Source: Kondoa subrosea
Lineage: Eukaryota
Reading direction: 5' to 3'
DNA length: 64,000 nt
Assembly (NCBI GenBank): GCA_039545335.1
Contig: BCIN01000001.1
Span: 2,545,136-2,609,135 of the forward strand
The translations under genes and the position numbers were made by a program. Below are positions 1-11,725 of the stretch, one piece after another (the stretch's first letter is position 1; each line of letters opens with the position of its first letter). The notes under the pieces were generated by a model that worked only from the letters and a program-made list of their open reading frames with translations, was not told the DNA's origin and did no database searches.

Positions 1-666
1 GGTGTAAAAGCCTTTGACTTCGCCCATCAACATAGGCGCTTGACTTTGCTTGAGCCATGTCCATGATTGGTCTCTAGAAGGATGATGCAGTTCGGAAAGA
101 TCAATTTTGTCGAAAGGAGCGTTTGGAGGTGCAAGATCAGGAAAAGCAAAGTTAGCAGGCTTCTGTGTAGTGAGCCCAGGTTGTATGCAGTGTAGGTAAG
201 AAACATCAAGGTGATTGAGCTGAGGGCTATTGGGTTGTACGTTATCTTGTACTGTTTTCAAAACAGCTTCCCCAAAAGGTGCGTCGAAGTGAATTGACGG
301 CCTAACACCGGTAGAAATTGGTAAAGGCTCGTCTCCAACTGGAATGTGAAGGAAAGGCACCACTCCAGGCGGATTTGGAGTCAAAGTAATTTCAGTAGTA
401 GCGAAATTCTGATAAGGCAGTAAAGGTGCGTTTGCTGTTGCGACGGCAAGATTGTGATTTATAAGAAAAGCATAGGCACCTCTTCTAAGATGAGCTTGAA
501 CCAGATATAGCGCCACGTAATGCCAGTGAGTCCAGGTGCCCGCGGTTGCTTTTACTTCGGCTTTAAAGCGCAAGACACCTTTACCGCCAAGCATACTTTC
601 GGAAAGAGAGCTTCGAGGCGTTCCATGCCTCCTCGTTTTTCGTTTCAAAGTTCTACTTGCAGGCAT
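1..666 (-). CDS. Hypothetical protein, 3' part runs off the window
   Basis: Manually translated open frame of 222 codons from ATG at 666 to base 1 (MPASRTLKRK...APMLMGEVKGFYT); absent from the ORF track because no stop lies inside the window. Apparent 5'UTR intron GTGAGT..TAG at 720-674. No family recognised. Confidence 0.6.
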   Translation of the reverse strand, partial: MPASRTLKRKTRRHGTPRSSLSESMLGGKGVLRFKAEVKATAGTWTHWHYVALYLVQAHLRRGAYAFLINHNLAVATANAPLLPYQNFATTEITLTPNPPGVVPFLHIPVGDEPLPISTGVRPSIHFDAPFGEAVLKTVQDNVQPNSPQLNHLDVSYLHCIQPGLTTQKPANFAFPDLAPPNAPFDKIDLSELHHPSRDQSWTWLKQSQAPMLMGEVKGFYT

Positions 667-2288
667 AGTGGGTCTATCAGCAGGATCAGCAAAGAGGCAA
701 CGAGCATCTCGTTCACTCACAGTTTTCAGAGGACAGTGCGGACAGATAGACAACGAAACAAGTAGATGACAAAATTTAGCTCACTGTACAACCTATCTCA
801 GCTATACTGAGCAGACTGCGGTCCAGCTCAACTTACAAGGTGCCCAAAATGAGCTGTTGCCCGACGCACAAATTCGTCAGACTGGTCTCTTCAATAAGCA
901 GGTACAACTCACAAATGTGAAGATGATGATACAACGTTGATTCTCGATGGTATATTGCCAAAGTATGAGGTCTGTGCAAGGAAAATAAGGAAAATTGGGT
1001 TGCATAATTCGGGAAGCATGACTCACGCTTGATGCTAGAGAATACGGAGTACCAACGTGCGAACAAAGAATTGTATTTCAGATACAAACGAAACGTTTGA
1101 AATAGTCAAGTCAAACTTGAGACGAAATTTGCGAAAGAAGATAAAAAGAAGAAGCACAAAGATACAGCGAGAGTCAGACCAGCTTCAAGTATGCTCGCGA
1201 AGAGAGCTAGAGCATTTGTCCGTCGTGGTAGAGATAGACAGACAGACACAATTTTTCTCAGATATAGCGAGACAGGTCCGGTTGAATGCGACGCGGCAGA
1301 ACAAGTGCACACGTACAAATGCAGTGTATCGCACAGTCCTTGTAAAGCGCTAATGATAAAAGTCTACACCGGAAGAAGGTCAAAGCTTTGCTCTTTCGAA
1401 AATCACAAAGGCAAAAAATGGAAAGGCAAGTCAATCCGTACCCAGACTTGAAGCGATTCTGAATAGGCCATTCTGACGGCCTCGATACGATCAACACAGC
1501 TGTGGTCTTCGTTTAGCCAGAGCTTAACGAGGGAAACGTATAGACATATCTCCCAGGCTTCCTTTTGGTTTTGGCAATAAGATAGAGCTCAGAACAGCAG
1601 AACAGAAGGCATGAACATTATCAAAGGATACCAGTCAAAGCGAGGAGGAGGATATCAGTCAAAGCGAAATAACAGATCCAAGCTTGTTCGAACGAATCTT
1701 TCTTCGCGTCTTTGTCCGCCCAAGCGGAAGTTTGTCAGCAAGAAGGTCTTTCAGCCTCAAGTACTGTGATCGAAAGGAGCTTTTATCGTGTTGCGTCGCA
1801 ATCAATAGGTTCGTTGCTTAAAAGAAGGCTCCTGTGCGAAATTCAAACGACTTTTGTGCTGAAACGATTCAGTCAGAAGCTCAGACTTGTGATTTGAGTA
1901 CTCTCGGGCACCTATAAACACCTCTGACACAATCCTAGCCTAGTGGGTAATTCTCCTTCTTACTTTGAACTCGAAGCTGAAATCAAACAGCAGAGAAAGA
2001 CTGGCTGTCACTGCTTACGATCTTCTATGGCTCGATGTGGGAACGTGTCTCTGATTCATCTATAGCCATCATTCTTTGCTGGTAATTAGGAGTCAAGTCA
2101 ACAGAAAGTACAGCAACTGCATTCATTTCACTCTTGCTCGATGTCACATTTTTGCGCGTCCTCGTCAATCAATTAATCTTTCAGCATAGAACCCAAATCT
2201 ACTTGCATTATCTCTCATATGATTACTCAAGACTTCAGACTTGGTCAACACTTTAGCTCAATCAAGTTCAAAAGAATCAATTACGCGA

Positions 2289-3352
2289 TCAAGCCTTTCG
2301 AGATCTCTTCGTTGGTCGTGGATTGTAGACTTCCTCTTCTTCCACATCATCATCCTCATCTTCTTCACCATAGATGACAATGGGATCGGCTCGAGATGTT
2401 GCTCTGGGGTCGATAAGCTTGATCTTTAAAGAGATTGGTCTAGACGGAGAAGAAGTAGTTGGATTGGTCATTTCTGCATCTTCGTCTGGTTCAGGAGTAG
2501 AAGAAGGAGAGCGAGAAGGAGAGCGAGAAGGAGAGTGAGAAGGCGAAACATCTTGATTGGCTTCTTGATCTTCAATACCGTTATCCCTGAAAAAGGTTTC
2601 TGCTTGTTCTTTGACCACTTCTTTGATGTAAGCCTTCTTCTCGTTGTTGTTGGGCTCTTTCTTACTCTTTATCGTAGCAGTCATCACAGCGTTCTTGAAA
2701 GTGAGATAAGGTTTCTTCTTACTTCCTGCTGCAGCCTCATTCAATGCTTCGTGCAGATCAGAGAAATTGGTCAAGAAGGCTCCAATCCAGATGTTGTCCA
2801 ACATGTTCTTGCCGCTGGTCCAGCTCCAATCACCCAATTCCACTAACTCAGCAATCGAAGTTGCATTGCATCCTTTGACCTCCCACAAATCGCTCATCAA
2901 ATCCTTAGCTTCTAAAGTCTTCTTTCCAGCACTACCAAAACCATTCATTTGAATCTTCAACTTTTTTCCGACTATTTTAAACTTTGGATGTTTGGTGATA
3001 TGCGAAGGGTATCTTCCTTCGGCTTCTTCGAGTTTGCTTTCGTGAGCTAGGATTCGCTTCTCTCTTCCCCTTTCAATCACCTCTGCTAACGTTCCGCCTC
3101 TCTCATTCTCTCCACGCAATTGTTGTGCTACGGTGATTGTCAGAAAATCACTTTGAATGAGTTTCATGACTTACCCAGCTTTCGCTGAGCAATCTCCGCT
3201 TTGAGCTGGGTCTTCTCACGCTCTGCGGCGCGTTCTTGAGCAACTTCCTCTGCAGCACGCTTTTTGAGCAATTTCTTCTCTTTCTTCAGTTCTTTGGCTA
3301 TAGCTTTCGCCACAGCCTTGTTGATTTCGTTCTTGCTAGGTCCACGCGCCAT
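2289..3352 (-). CDS. Hypothetical Lys/Glu-rich protein with Ser-Pro-rich acidic tail and basic C-terminus
   Basis: ORFs 3164..3409 and 2289..3167 join in frame after removing a 47-nt GTAAGT..CTGAC..TAG intron (3174-3128). First ATG is at 3352 (3409 is GTG). Confidence 0.7.
2500..2540. repeat. 12-bp coding tandem repeat (agaaggagagcg-like, about 3 units)
   Basis: Seen directly; encodes SPSHSPSRSPSRSPSS on the minus strand. Confidence 0.8.
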
Positions 3353-3802
3353 GAAAGTTCTGAAATGGTTTACAACAAGCTTCAAACTTCCGACATTTTT
3401 GGATGGCACGGTTAATCCACCGATTAGAAGGCATCTTCTCGTCGATTATCACACGAGAAGTGATCTCATCGCGCAACGCCAGAAGAAGCTGTAGTTCACC
3501 TCATGCTAAAATGCTGACATCGTACGCGTAAATCTAGCCAAGACGCGTCAACTAACTTGGTTTTTGGATGGCAGCACTTTTGACCTGCTGCGGCTGCGTG
3601 CAGAATGAGCTTTACACTGAGTATCTTTGAAAGGGCGGAGCTTGCGATGCTTATAAATTACTCGTCTAGTCGTCTTGGCTGGCACTCGTATCTCGAAAGA
3701 GCTACCGCGCTATGCGGTTTAACGAAGAAATACCCAGGCCGTCTTGTTGGGCTAAAGCTGTCTTCTGATTCAGTGGAAGGACACGTCGCTGTTATCGACG
3801 AG

Positions 3803-4002
3803 TCTTGCCAAATGACTCCACTCAATGAACGTCAAGCTCAATGCAGCAAATACTGAAAGCTGCTACTAGCTCGTCGTATTACGGAGACACCCGTTATAAG
3901 AGTCAGGAGCCTGATGCTGAAGTGCTCAGAGAACTTGTCGATTCTCGGTGCACGACTTTCGATGTTCTTCCGGCTTTCTTTGGCAACGCAGATAGCTGGA
4001 TC
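3803..4002 (+). pseudogene. Isolated frameshifted fragment of the acetyl-CoA carboxylase central domain
   Basis: SCQMTPLNERQAQ / MQQILKAATSSSYYGDTRYKSQEPDAEVLRELVDSRCTTFDVLPAFFGNADSWI resembles the fungal Acc1 stretch (..ER..QME.IL.SSV..S.YG....EPD..VL.E..DS.YTVFDVLP.FF...D.W). A3841 is shared between CAA and ATG (1-nt loss). Flanks are not Acc1-like. Confidence 0.75.
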
Positions 4003-4571
4003 TTTGAATACATCACCAGAGACATCTTCTCACCTCGCCTTGCTTTGCATTCCGATGTGCGCGAGCTCTGAATAACAAGTAATGTGCACTGCAAGATCAG
4101 CTTTAAGATCCTTTGGTGCTTCCCGGCGAAGCTAAACGAAAATCTTTTAATCTTGCGATACTTTGCTGAATCACTCAGAGGCTTGGAGGGAAGGTTGGCA
4201 GTGTCATGCTGCTGTTGTCGGAAAAGGGAGCAGCTGAACTCTCGAGAGACTGGAAAGTATTTTGTGATAACTGTTCTGGACAAACAGCCTATGTTTGAAG
4301 TGAGCTGTTCTCTACTCGATGTTCACAGGTGTATGCGCAATTGTATGCTTAACGATCAAAACAGAGAAGTGTTACAATTTTTTCAAGACCCTTGTCACGA
4401 TCCCTTGTGACATTTAAGGGTCACAACACATCGTGATGGCAGATGTATAAACTTGATTTTACCATTGTACCACTTGATTTCTGTAGGATTTAATTTCTCT
4501 CATTTCAATAACCGTTCGATTCGTCAAACTGCCATACCACTTCGAAAGAGCAACCGTGATCTTCGCAAGAA

Positions 4572-5866
4572 ATGTCAATACCTAGGCTATTGATACCATC
4601 TACAAGTGCTAGGATATTCACAAGAGCTGCCTCCTCGTCGTCGTCTTCCTCGACTCCAGGGAATTTACGAAAAGCAATCAAAGTCAAAGTAGCAAATTCA
4701 GCACCTCGGATCGATAACCAAGGGCTTTTCAAGACTTACAAACCTGTAACACCTGGTATTCGACATTTGAGAAGACCTGTCAATGATCATTTGCACAAGG
4801 GAGATCCGTTTAGGGCATTAACGATAGCAAAGCGATCAACAGGTGGGAGAGCAAAAGGGTCAACAGGTAGAGTGACGGTCAAAGGAAGAGGTGGTGGACA
4901 TAAGCGTCGAATCAGGCTCGTTGATTTCAAGAGGGATGAGCAAGGGCATCAAGAATTTGAAGTCGTCAGGATAGAATACGATCCAGGTAGATCAGCTCAT
5001 CTAGCTCTGGTACGGAAAGCTACAGCAAATCCTACAAAGGAAGATTATTCTTATATCATTGCACCGGATGGTGTACGTGCTGGAGATAAAATCAGATCTT
5101 GGAGAAGAGGTTTACTTTCGACTGATCCCAATTCCCCTCAAACTGTTGCTCCTGGTGGTCAAGATATGCCTGCTGATCTTCAAGAAGCACTCTTACGCTC
5201 TGCAGCTCTGAAACCTGGCAATCTTTTACCGCTTGCCGATATGCCGTTAGGTCTACCTATTCACAATATCGCTCTCAACCCAACAGGCAGCGCAAAACTA
5301 TGTCGAGCTGCTGGAGCATATGCAACAGTCGTATCAGTAGGAGATCACTGGGCTCAAGTCAAGCTGGCAAGTGGAGAAGTAAGGAAAATTCACAAGACTT
5401 GCACGGCGGTGGTAGGAACGGTCAGCAACAAGCTATGGGACTCAAGGCAACTTGGTAAAGCGGGAAGAAACAGGTGGTTGGGCTTCAGATCGAAAGTCAG
5501 AGGTGTTGCTATGAATAGTGTTGATCACGTAGGTCCAAAATTCTCTTTAGTCGTCTTCTTGCGCTGAAATTTGTACTTCTTGATCACCACCAGCCACATG
5601 GAGGTGGTCGTGGAAAATCCAAGTCTAACAAGCAGCCTCAATCGGCCACTGGAATTTTGGCTAAGGGTTTCAGAACCAGAAGAGCGAGTTTTCTTTCTCT
5701 TTTGCTATTCTCGTTACTGATGCTGATTCTCTGCTACTCTAGCCTGTACGCGAGTTCTGGTATAGTTGTGTTTGCTTGCTGATAAATATTATAGGGCCCT
5801 CGAGGCAACACAATGGTCGTCAAACAAAGGCCGAGAGGAAAGCAAGAGACTGGTCGAAAGACTTGA
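4572..5866 (+). CDS. RML2: Mitochondrial large-subunit ribosomal protein uL2m
   Basis: uL2 motifs [59 protein letters not shown]. Introns 5529-5593, 5684-5742 (GC-AG), 5746-5794; stop TGA 5864-5866. Confidence 0.95.
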
Positions 5867-6227
5867 TTGTGAATGGAGACTGCATTGCATCCTTATTGTT
5901 CTGTCCAGAGATCTCAAGTCTCTTGTCTGGACTTGGTTTAGTGTTTTCAAGTTGTCTCGGAAAAGGTTCCAACGCTTTTCTGAAGTATCTATGGGCACCA
6001 AGCGAACTACTTAGCGCACTACGATTGCAGCGGTAACTGTAGATAGCGACCAGTTAGCGAGCTTTTCGAGACCCCCTCTTCGCTATTGGGGGTACAGGCG
6101 TTTCAATAACGACCACATGTGCGCTCGCGAAATCTAACAGATTCGCGAGCATTGAGAGGTGCTTGGACAAATCAGGCATTTTGGGCGAAGGACAGAGGTT
6201 GAGTGCACGGCTTGAGACCAAGTCTCA

Positions 6228-7321
6228 ATGTATGTCGATTACACGAGATGCTTGGTGCAGCTCAGCTTACCAGCCGTCGCGGTCTCTCTTGATATTATAG
6301 GCAGCAAATTCCTCCACGATTTGTCATCACAGTTGAAGCCCAGGCAAACCATCTTCGCAAGATACTCGCAGAAAGAAATTGGAATGCGATTCTAAGCTTC
6401 TTCAGTGTCTCATCAAAGCGCTCGCTGCACGATGAATCCTTCTTCGTCGCAACCCTGAAGGCTTTCGCAAGCGAGGATCTCAGCGCATTCATCGATATCA
6501 TTCCGCGACATAGCATCTATCCTCGCGCATCGGATGACGCCGTGCAAACTACAGCTCAGACTGCTTTCTTGGCCATGATGGAAGAACTGGGAAGGTCCAC
6601 CATCCGTTTCAAATCGCTTGCCGGTCACAAAGTGATGGCCCAGCTTTTGCGACTTGCTCTTGCTACAGACCTAGCGTGGGTGAAGAGCGATCTTGATCTA
6701 CTGCCACTATCACCATCGGTAGTATCGCTGGGAATGACGCATATCAGACCACTTGAGCGCGCCCTTCTTTTCTCGGTTAGACATGCCGCGCTCCTACAGC
6801 AACTACTTCAAGATGATACGTTCTACACTCAATTTGGGACCATACTCAGGCATATAGCATCTTCATTCAAGAACAGGAGCCTAAAATCTAGTAAATGGTG
6901 CGATCGCTTCTTCAATTGTTTCAATGTTCTGGGGGCGTTGTACGGAATGTATAGAGGTGCCAATGCTCCCTCAGCGCATGGTGCCTGGTATTGGATCTGG
7001 AGAGCTGGCCAATTTCCGACCGTTGTAGAGCGGCTGCATGCACTCAAGGTTCCAGAAACCGAAGATTCGTATAGACATATAATGAAGCTGGCGAAGAGTC
7101 AGAATCAATTCGTCTGCGTTTTCTGTCTGAGTTTCTACATTCCGCGCATCCCAACTGAAGAGCAAGAATCCGATCTGATTATTAAGCAGTTCCGACTCTG
7201 CGCTGGATGTAGCAGTGCAATGTATTGCTCTTCGATCTGTCAGCAAAAAGCCTGGCAAGGCGGTCATTCAAGCAAGTGTAATGGTTTAGGGAAAGAGAGG
7301 AGGAGATTGAAGAGGACTTGA
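6228..7321 (+). CDS. MYND-type zinc finger protein
   Basis: CVFC...FRLCAGCSSAMYCSSICQQKAWQGGHSSKC matches the zf-MYND pattern. Frame is open back to 6302; start probably AT|intron 6230-6300|G. The 3' end could be extended by further splicing. Confidence 0.7.
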
Positions 7322-7978
7322 GTGGATTGGTCAATGTTCTGTTATGCCTGTGAGATCAACAGTTTACCTAGATAGTAACTTCATGCTCATCTGGCTTCGC
7401 ACAGCATATGTACAGAAACGCAACTCGAAATCCATTCTTCTGCTGCCGATATTTAATGGTCAGCGCTGAGCAATATCTGTACCATTAACCTCCTGTAAAT
7501 ATTGAAGATACTCTCGCGCTATCACCTGGCGCGAGCAATCTCGCGCCGATCACCATTCAACCTTCTGTTCGATCCGCTTCCAGTTTTCAGCATGGCCGGC
7601 GTTTACATGCTATTGCATCTGAGCTATTGCGGAACACAGAATGAGGAGGGCTTGTGCATAAGTGGCATGTTTCTGAAAGGTACATACCAGGACAGTATAA
7701 ATTGAAAGAGCTGGCTACAGTTTGTAAGCATGGATAGACTCCTCCTATTCGTACAAAGCTGAGTCACTGCTCCAGGTGCCTCTCATACGCACAATGCATT
7801 CAGTCTATCAGAGTCAGAGGGGTGTATATTACGTAATCGCTTGTATTTCGTGCTGGTACAAACTTTCATCAGCCAGTCAACGGGGGCTCGCTAGTGAGAT
7901 TGCTCTAGTACTCATCGTCTGTGCGCTGCACATGTACAGCTGCTCGCAATAATCTACTGCTCTTGCCCATCTCCAGCG

Positions 7979-10874
7979 ATGTCTGCCGACGTTGCATCAC
8001 TCTGGAATCAGGCATACGCAAGCTTGAGCATGCCAGACGATACTCTACAGCAGACTCGTCAGGCCTGGCTCATTGCAGAAGACTACTTGTCACCGAAAGA
8101 ATTGTCGCATGCATTTGTCACTCCTTCGAATGATGTCCTGCGAGCACTGCAGCGTCTCAAATCTGTCCAATCCACAGATACCCTCCTTCTACAATTCTTA
8201 GAGTCTATCACTGCCAATTTCTACCGTCTGCAGCCTGTCATCAATGCAGCGCTTGAACAATGGAAGGTTAGTAGCGATTTCTTATACCATGGTGCTCCAA
8301 TCGAAGAGATTTTCTACACAGGAATCAGAAGACCTCAATACAATCTTCAGCTTGCTGGACACTTTGGCAGAGTACTACAATAAATGGCAAGAACCGCTTC
8401 TAGCAGTAGGCAGGTGAGGATCTGAATGCTTGAGCTATCAGAAGCGTCTGATATAGTCTCATAGCGGCCCAGAGCAAACTGTGGCCTATCGAGATCGATT
8501 TCATGCGTCTTTGTTTCCTTGTTTTCCAACATCGTTCGGTTCTGCTCTCTATGCAGTCTTCAAGCACTTGTTAATCACTCGCGACGCGGAAACTTCATCA
8601 TCTGGCAGGGTAGTCGACAACCTGCATCTGCTTGGCTTGATCACGCGGCACAAACCCATCATGCTTCGTTTCGTTTATGATCAGATCGAAGAAAGAGTCA
8701 ACGGCACGTGTGCTGGTGAATGGACCGAAAGCGAATTGGAGAAGACACATCATTGGTTTGGCGAAGAAATTGCGAATTGGGTCAGAAGTATTCTCTATCC
8801 TCGTAGATCACCTGAAGGTGAATCATCTCGTTACATGAAGTCATTTACACCTGACAGATCACTAGACCTGACCAACGAGCAAGACGATGAAATAATGACC
8901 ATCTTTACGCGATTCGAATACCATCTGTACAAGACTATGGGCACCTTACGGTGCGTTGCCATGTATGCTCGATAATGCTCTCTCACGACACATATACAGA
9001 ACGGAAGAGCTCTTTGATATCATTGTGGAGTATCCTGATTCTCAGGCTGCACTTCGAGATCTTAAGGTGATTTGCCTGTCTCGCCTTATTTGCAGAAAGC
9101 TTAATCATTTTCATGTTGCCAGACCTGTCTTGGGCGAACAGACGAACGCAAATCTTTAGCTATCCGATTGCAAGCAGCGAACGAGAAGCGTCTGCTTCAT
9201 CCTGGTGCAGACACTAAGGATATTATCGATCAATACATCTCTACTATTCGCTGCTTGCGTATCCTGGATCCGCCTGGAGTATTGCTTTCTAGGGTTGCTA
9301 CGCCCATCAGAGAGTATCTGAGGTTAGCGCCGGAATTTATTCTGTCTTTTGCACCGCATTTAATCAAGCTTGTCTTTTGTACAGAGCACGCGAAGATACT
9401 ATCAGATGCATAATGACGGCGCTTCTAGACGAGAATGGCGATTTAGCTGAGGAGCTAGAAAAGGAAGGTGCTGGTCAATTGGACACAGTCAAAGACGAAC
9501 CGGAAGACTACAGTGATCTGAACTGGCAGCCAGATCCTATAGATGCTCCTCCTAGTATGTCTTTTCCTCTCTTCGTATGTGTAAGTGCGCTGAGATCGTT
9601 CTTTCCCAGACTTCCATCTTAGCAAAAGTAGCGACATCATTCAGATGCTTGTCAGCATATACGATACGAAAGATGTCTTCATCAAGGAGTTCCAAGTGTT
9701 ACTAGCTAGCAGTCTGCTCAGCACGAAGGACTACGATGCAGATAGACAGGTTAGTCCAAGCTCGCGGATGTTCTGCTGTCCTGATTTTGAATTATAATAG
9801 ATCCGCAACGTGGAAATCTTGAAGCGACGATTTGGAGAAACCAGCTTACAATTATGCGAAGTCATGATCAAAGACATTGCCGATTCGAAACGTGCAGACC
9901 AGCTCGTTTCCTCGTCCTACCATCCCAGTCCACTGAAACCTTTGATCTTGTCCCGCAACTTTTGGCCAACCTTCCAGAACACCCAATTTCGGCTGCCTGG
10001 AACACTTGCTACGTAAGTGCGGTCGCATTATCAGCGCAAGATATTGATCATTCTTCGCAGGTATCTCCAACAGTATCACAGGCAATTTTCGTCTATCAAG
10101 CAAGACAAGAAACTTCAATGGATGTTTCAGCTCGGCACAGTGGAGCTAGATGTCGAACTGAAGGACCGAACGCTTTCACTAGAGGTGACGCCTTTGCAAG
10201 CTGCCATTGTCGAGTGTTTCAAGCATACAAGTATGCGATCTCTTGGGACGCGGGTCAGATTTTGATCATGTCGTTTTAGCCAAACTTTCCACATCAATCA
10301 TCTCGGAGAAGTTACACATGACCGAAGAAGCTCCCTTAGCACTGTTGAAGAATAGTCTCTTCTTTTGGGTCAATCAAGGCTTACTGAAAGAAGAAAGTTT
10401 CGATCAAGTACAAAGCTGGACTCTCCTCGAAGAAGCAGACAAGGGTTCTCCAGTGAAGACGAGAAGTAAGCTCCATTCTATGAGCATCGTTGAGACGCTG
10501 AGACTTCCCTTTTTTGCAGTTATCGAAGAAGATGCACCTGCATTGGAATCAGTACAACAGCAGCAGATTGAACAGGTCAGCGTAGTCTACTCTTATCGGT
10601 AACATACTGATACAACTTCAAAGTTACGAGTCTACTGGCAGTTTATTCGTGGCATTCTTACAAATCTGGGCTCGATGCCCGTCGATCGCATGCATATTAC
10701 TTGTGAGCTCTGCTCTCTATCTAGAATTTACAACCCCTAAAGTGCTCCCCAGTATCTCGCGTCTTGCCGGCCTATCGTGGCCGAACAGTTGAGGAGTTGA
10801 CGGCCTTCTTGCAACAACTCGAGCGAGAAGGAACGGTTCAAGCTGGTACGAACAATACTTGGCGCCTCGCTTAA
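7979..10874 (+). CDS. APC2: Anaphase-promoting complex subunit 2 (cullin family), multi-exon
   Basis: RLLHPGADTKDIIDQYISTIRCLRILDPPGVLL, WQPDPIDAP, EILKRRFGETSLQLCEVMIKDIADSKR and a C-terminal WHB-like exon YWQFIRGILTNLGSMPVDRMH...WRLA*. Confidence 0.95.
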
Positions 10875-11594
10875 GATTTTGATGGTCCTGCTACTTTTCG
10901 CGGCTCTTCAAGTCCATCATCAGTCTGCATCAAGCTCCAAGAAACTGGCTTGAGTTTGGCACCGTTCTGCGAATGTTGGGCGAAGACAACCCCTAGATCA
11001 TTGGCTGCAGTACTCAAGCTATTCCAAAGGAAGCGAGCGATTGGTGGTGATAGGAAGTCGCCAAAGGAAACGCTTACAAGAAATTTCGTGCATCACCGAG
11101 CGATATCTGTCATGGGAGTTCAGCGAACGAGAGAAAGAGAATTGTAACGAAGGAGCTTACAACTGATGCTTTCACTACATCGCCAGGACGATAGCAATTG
11201 CTCATCTGCACCTTGTCAATTTCAGTTTGCCGAACATCCTGAGTTCTGATAATCCCTTGAAAGTCTCCCTGACATAGCAGACCATCCGTTGTTTGTATTC
11301 CCACTGTAGCTTGCTGCCTGTTGATCCTTTGCACAATACCTATCACAATGCTGCCTTCTTTCGGTACAACGGATTGTGTTTGCGATACGCCCTTGACTGA
11401 TAGCACCTGCTGCTCATTTCAGCTAGAGCTTGCGCCTGTCCATGCAGAAGTCTCACTCCGCCTTCCCTTTGCAGATTTCCTGCTATTGATGCGAAGATTT
11501 GATTCCCCCTTTCAAACGTTCCTTTGCCTGTACTGTAGCTAGCTCCGCTTGCAATGTCGCTTAACGGTTGCCCTGGGAGCACGGACGTCGTCAT
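10871..11594 (-). CDS. CSL4: RNA exosome cap subunit Csl4
   Basis: VLPGQPL..GKGTFER, FQGIIRTQDVRQTEIDKV..CYRPGDVVKASV|ISLGDARN..LSTAANDLGVVFA..EEPRKVA; three introns; stop TAA at 10873-10871. Confidence 0.93.
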
Positions 11595-11725
11595 CGCGGT
11601 TCAGATCGAGGCTTGCCCAGCAGATTATCTCAGCAACCCCTATCTGTTGTTGGCGTTCCCAAGAAATGCTGCTTTCTTCTCTTTCTCTTCTAGACAGTCA
11701 CGACACTTGTCCGGATCAGCTCAGC

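Noticed and set aside
1626..1667. Two copies of GGATA(C/T)CAGTCAAAGCGA
   Set aside because: Only two units with a very short spacer; a local duplication, not an array or CRISPR.
520..1897. Short ORFs on both strands in the ORF track
   Set aside because: No recognisable motifs; those at 520-769 are antisense to the long minus-strand ORF, and several begin with GTG/TTG, which is not expected for this eukaryote.
1913..2060. TATAAA followed by an intron-like GTAATT..CTGAA..CAG stretch
   Set aside because: No ORF or RNA structure to support a gene; could be a non-coding transcript but cannot be judged without RNA data.
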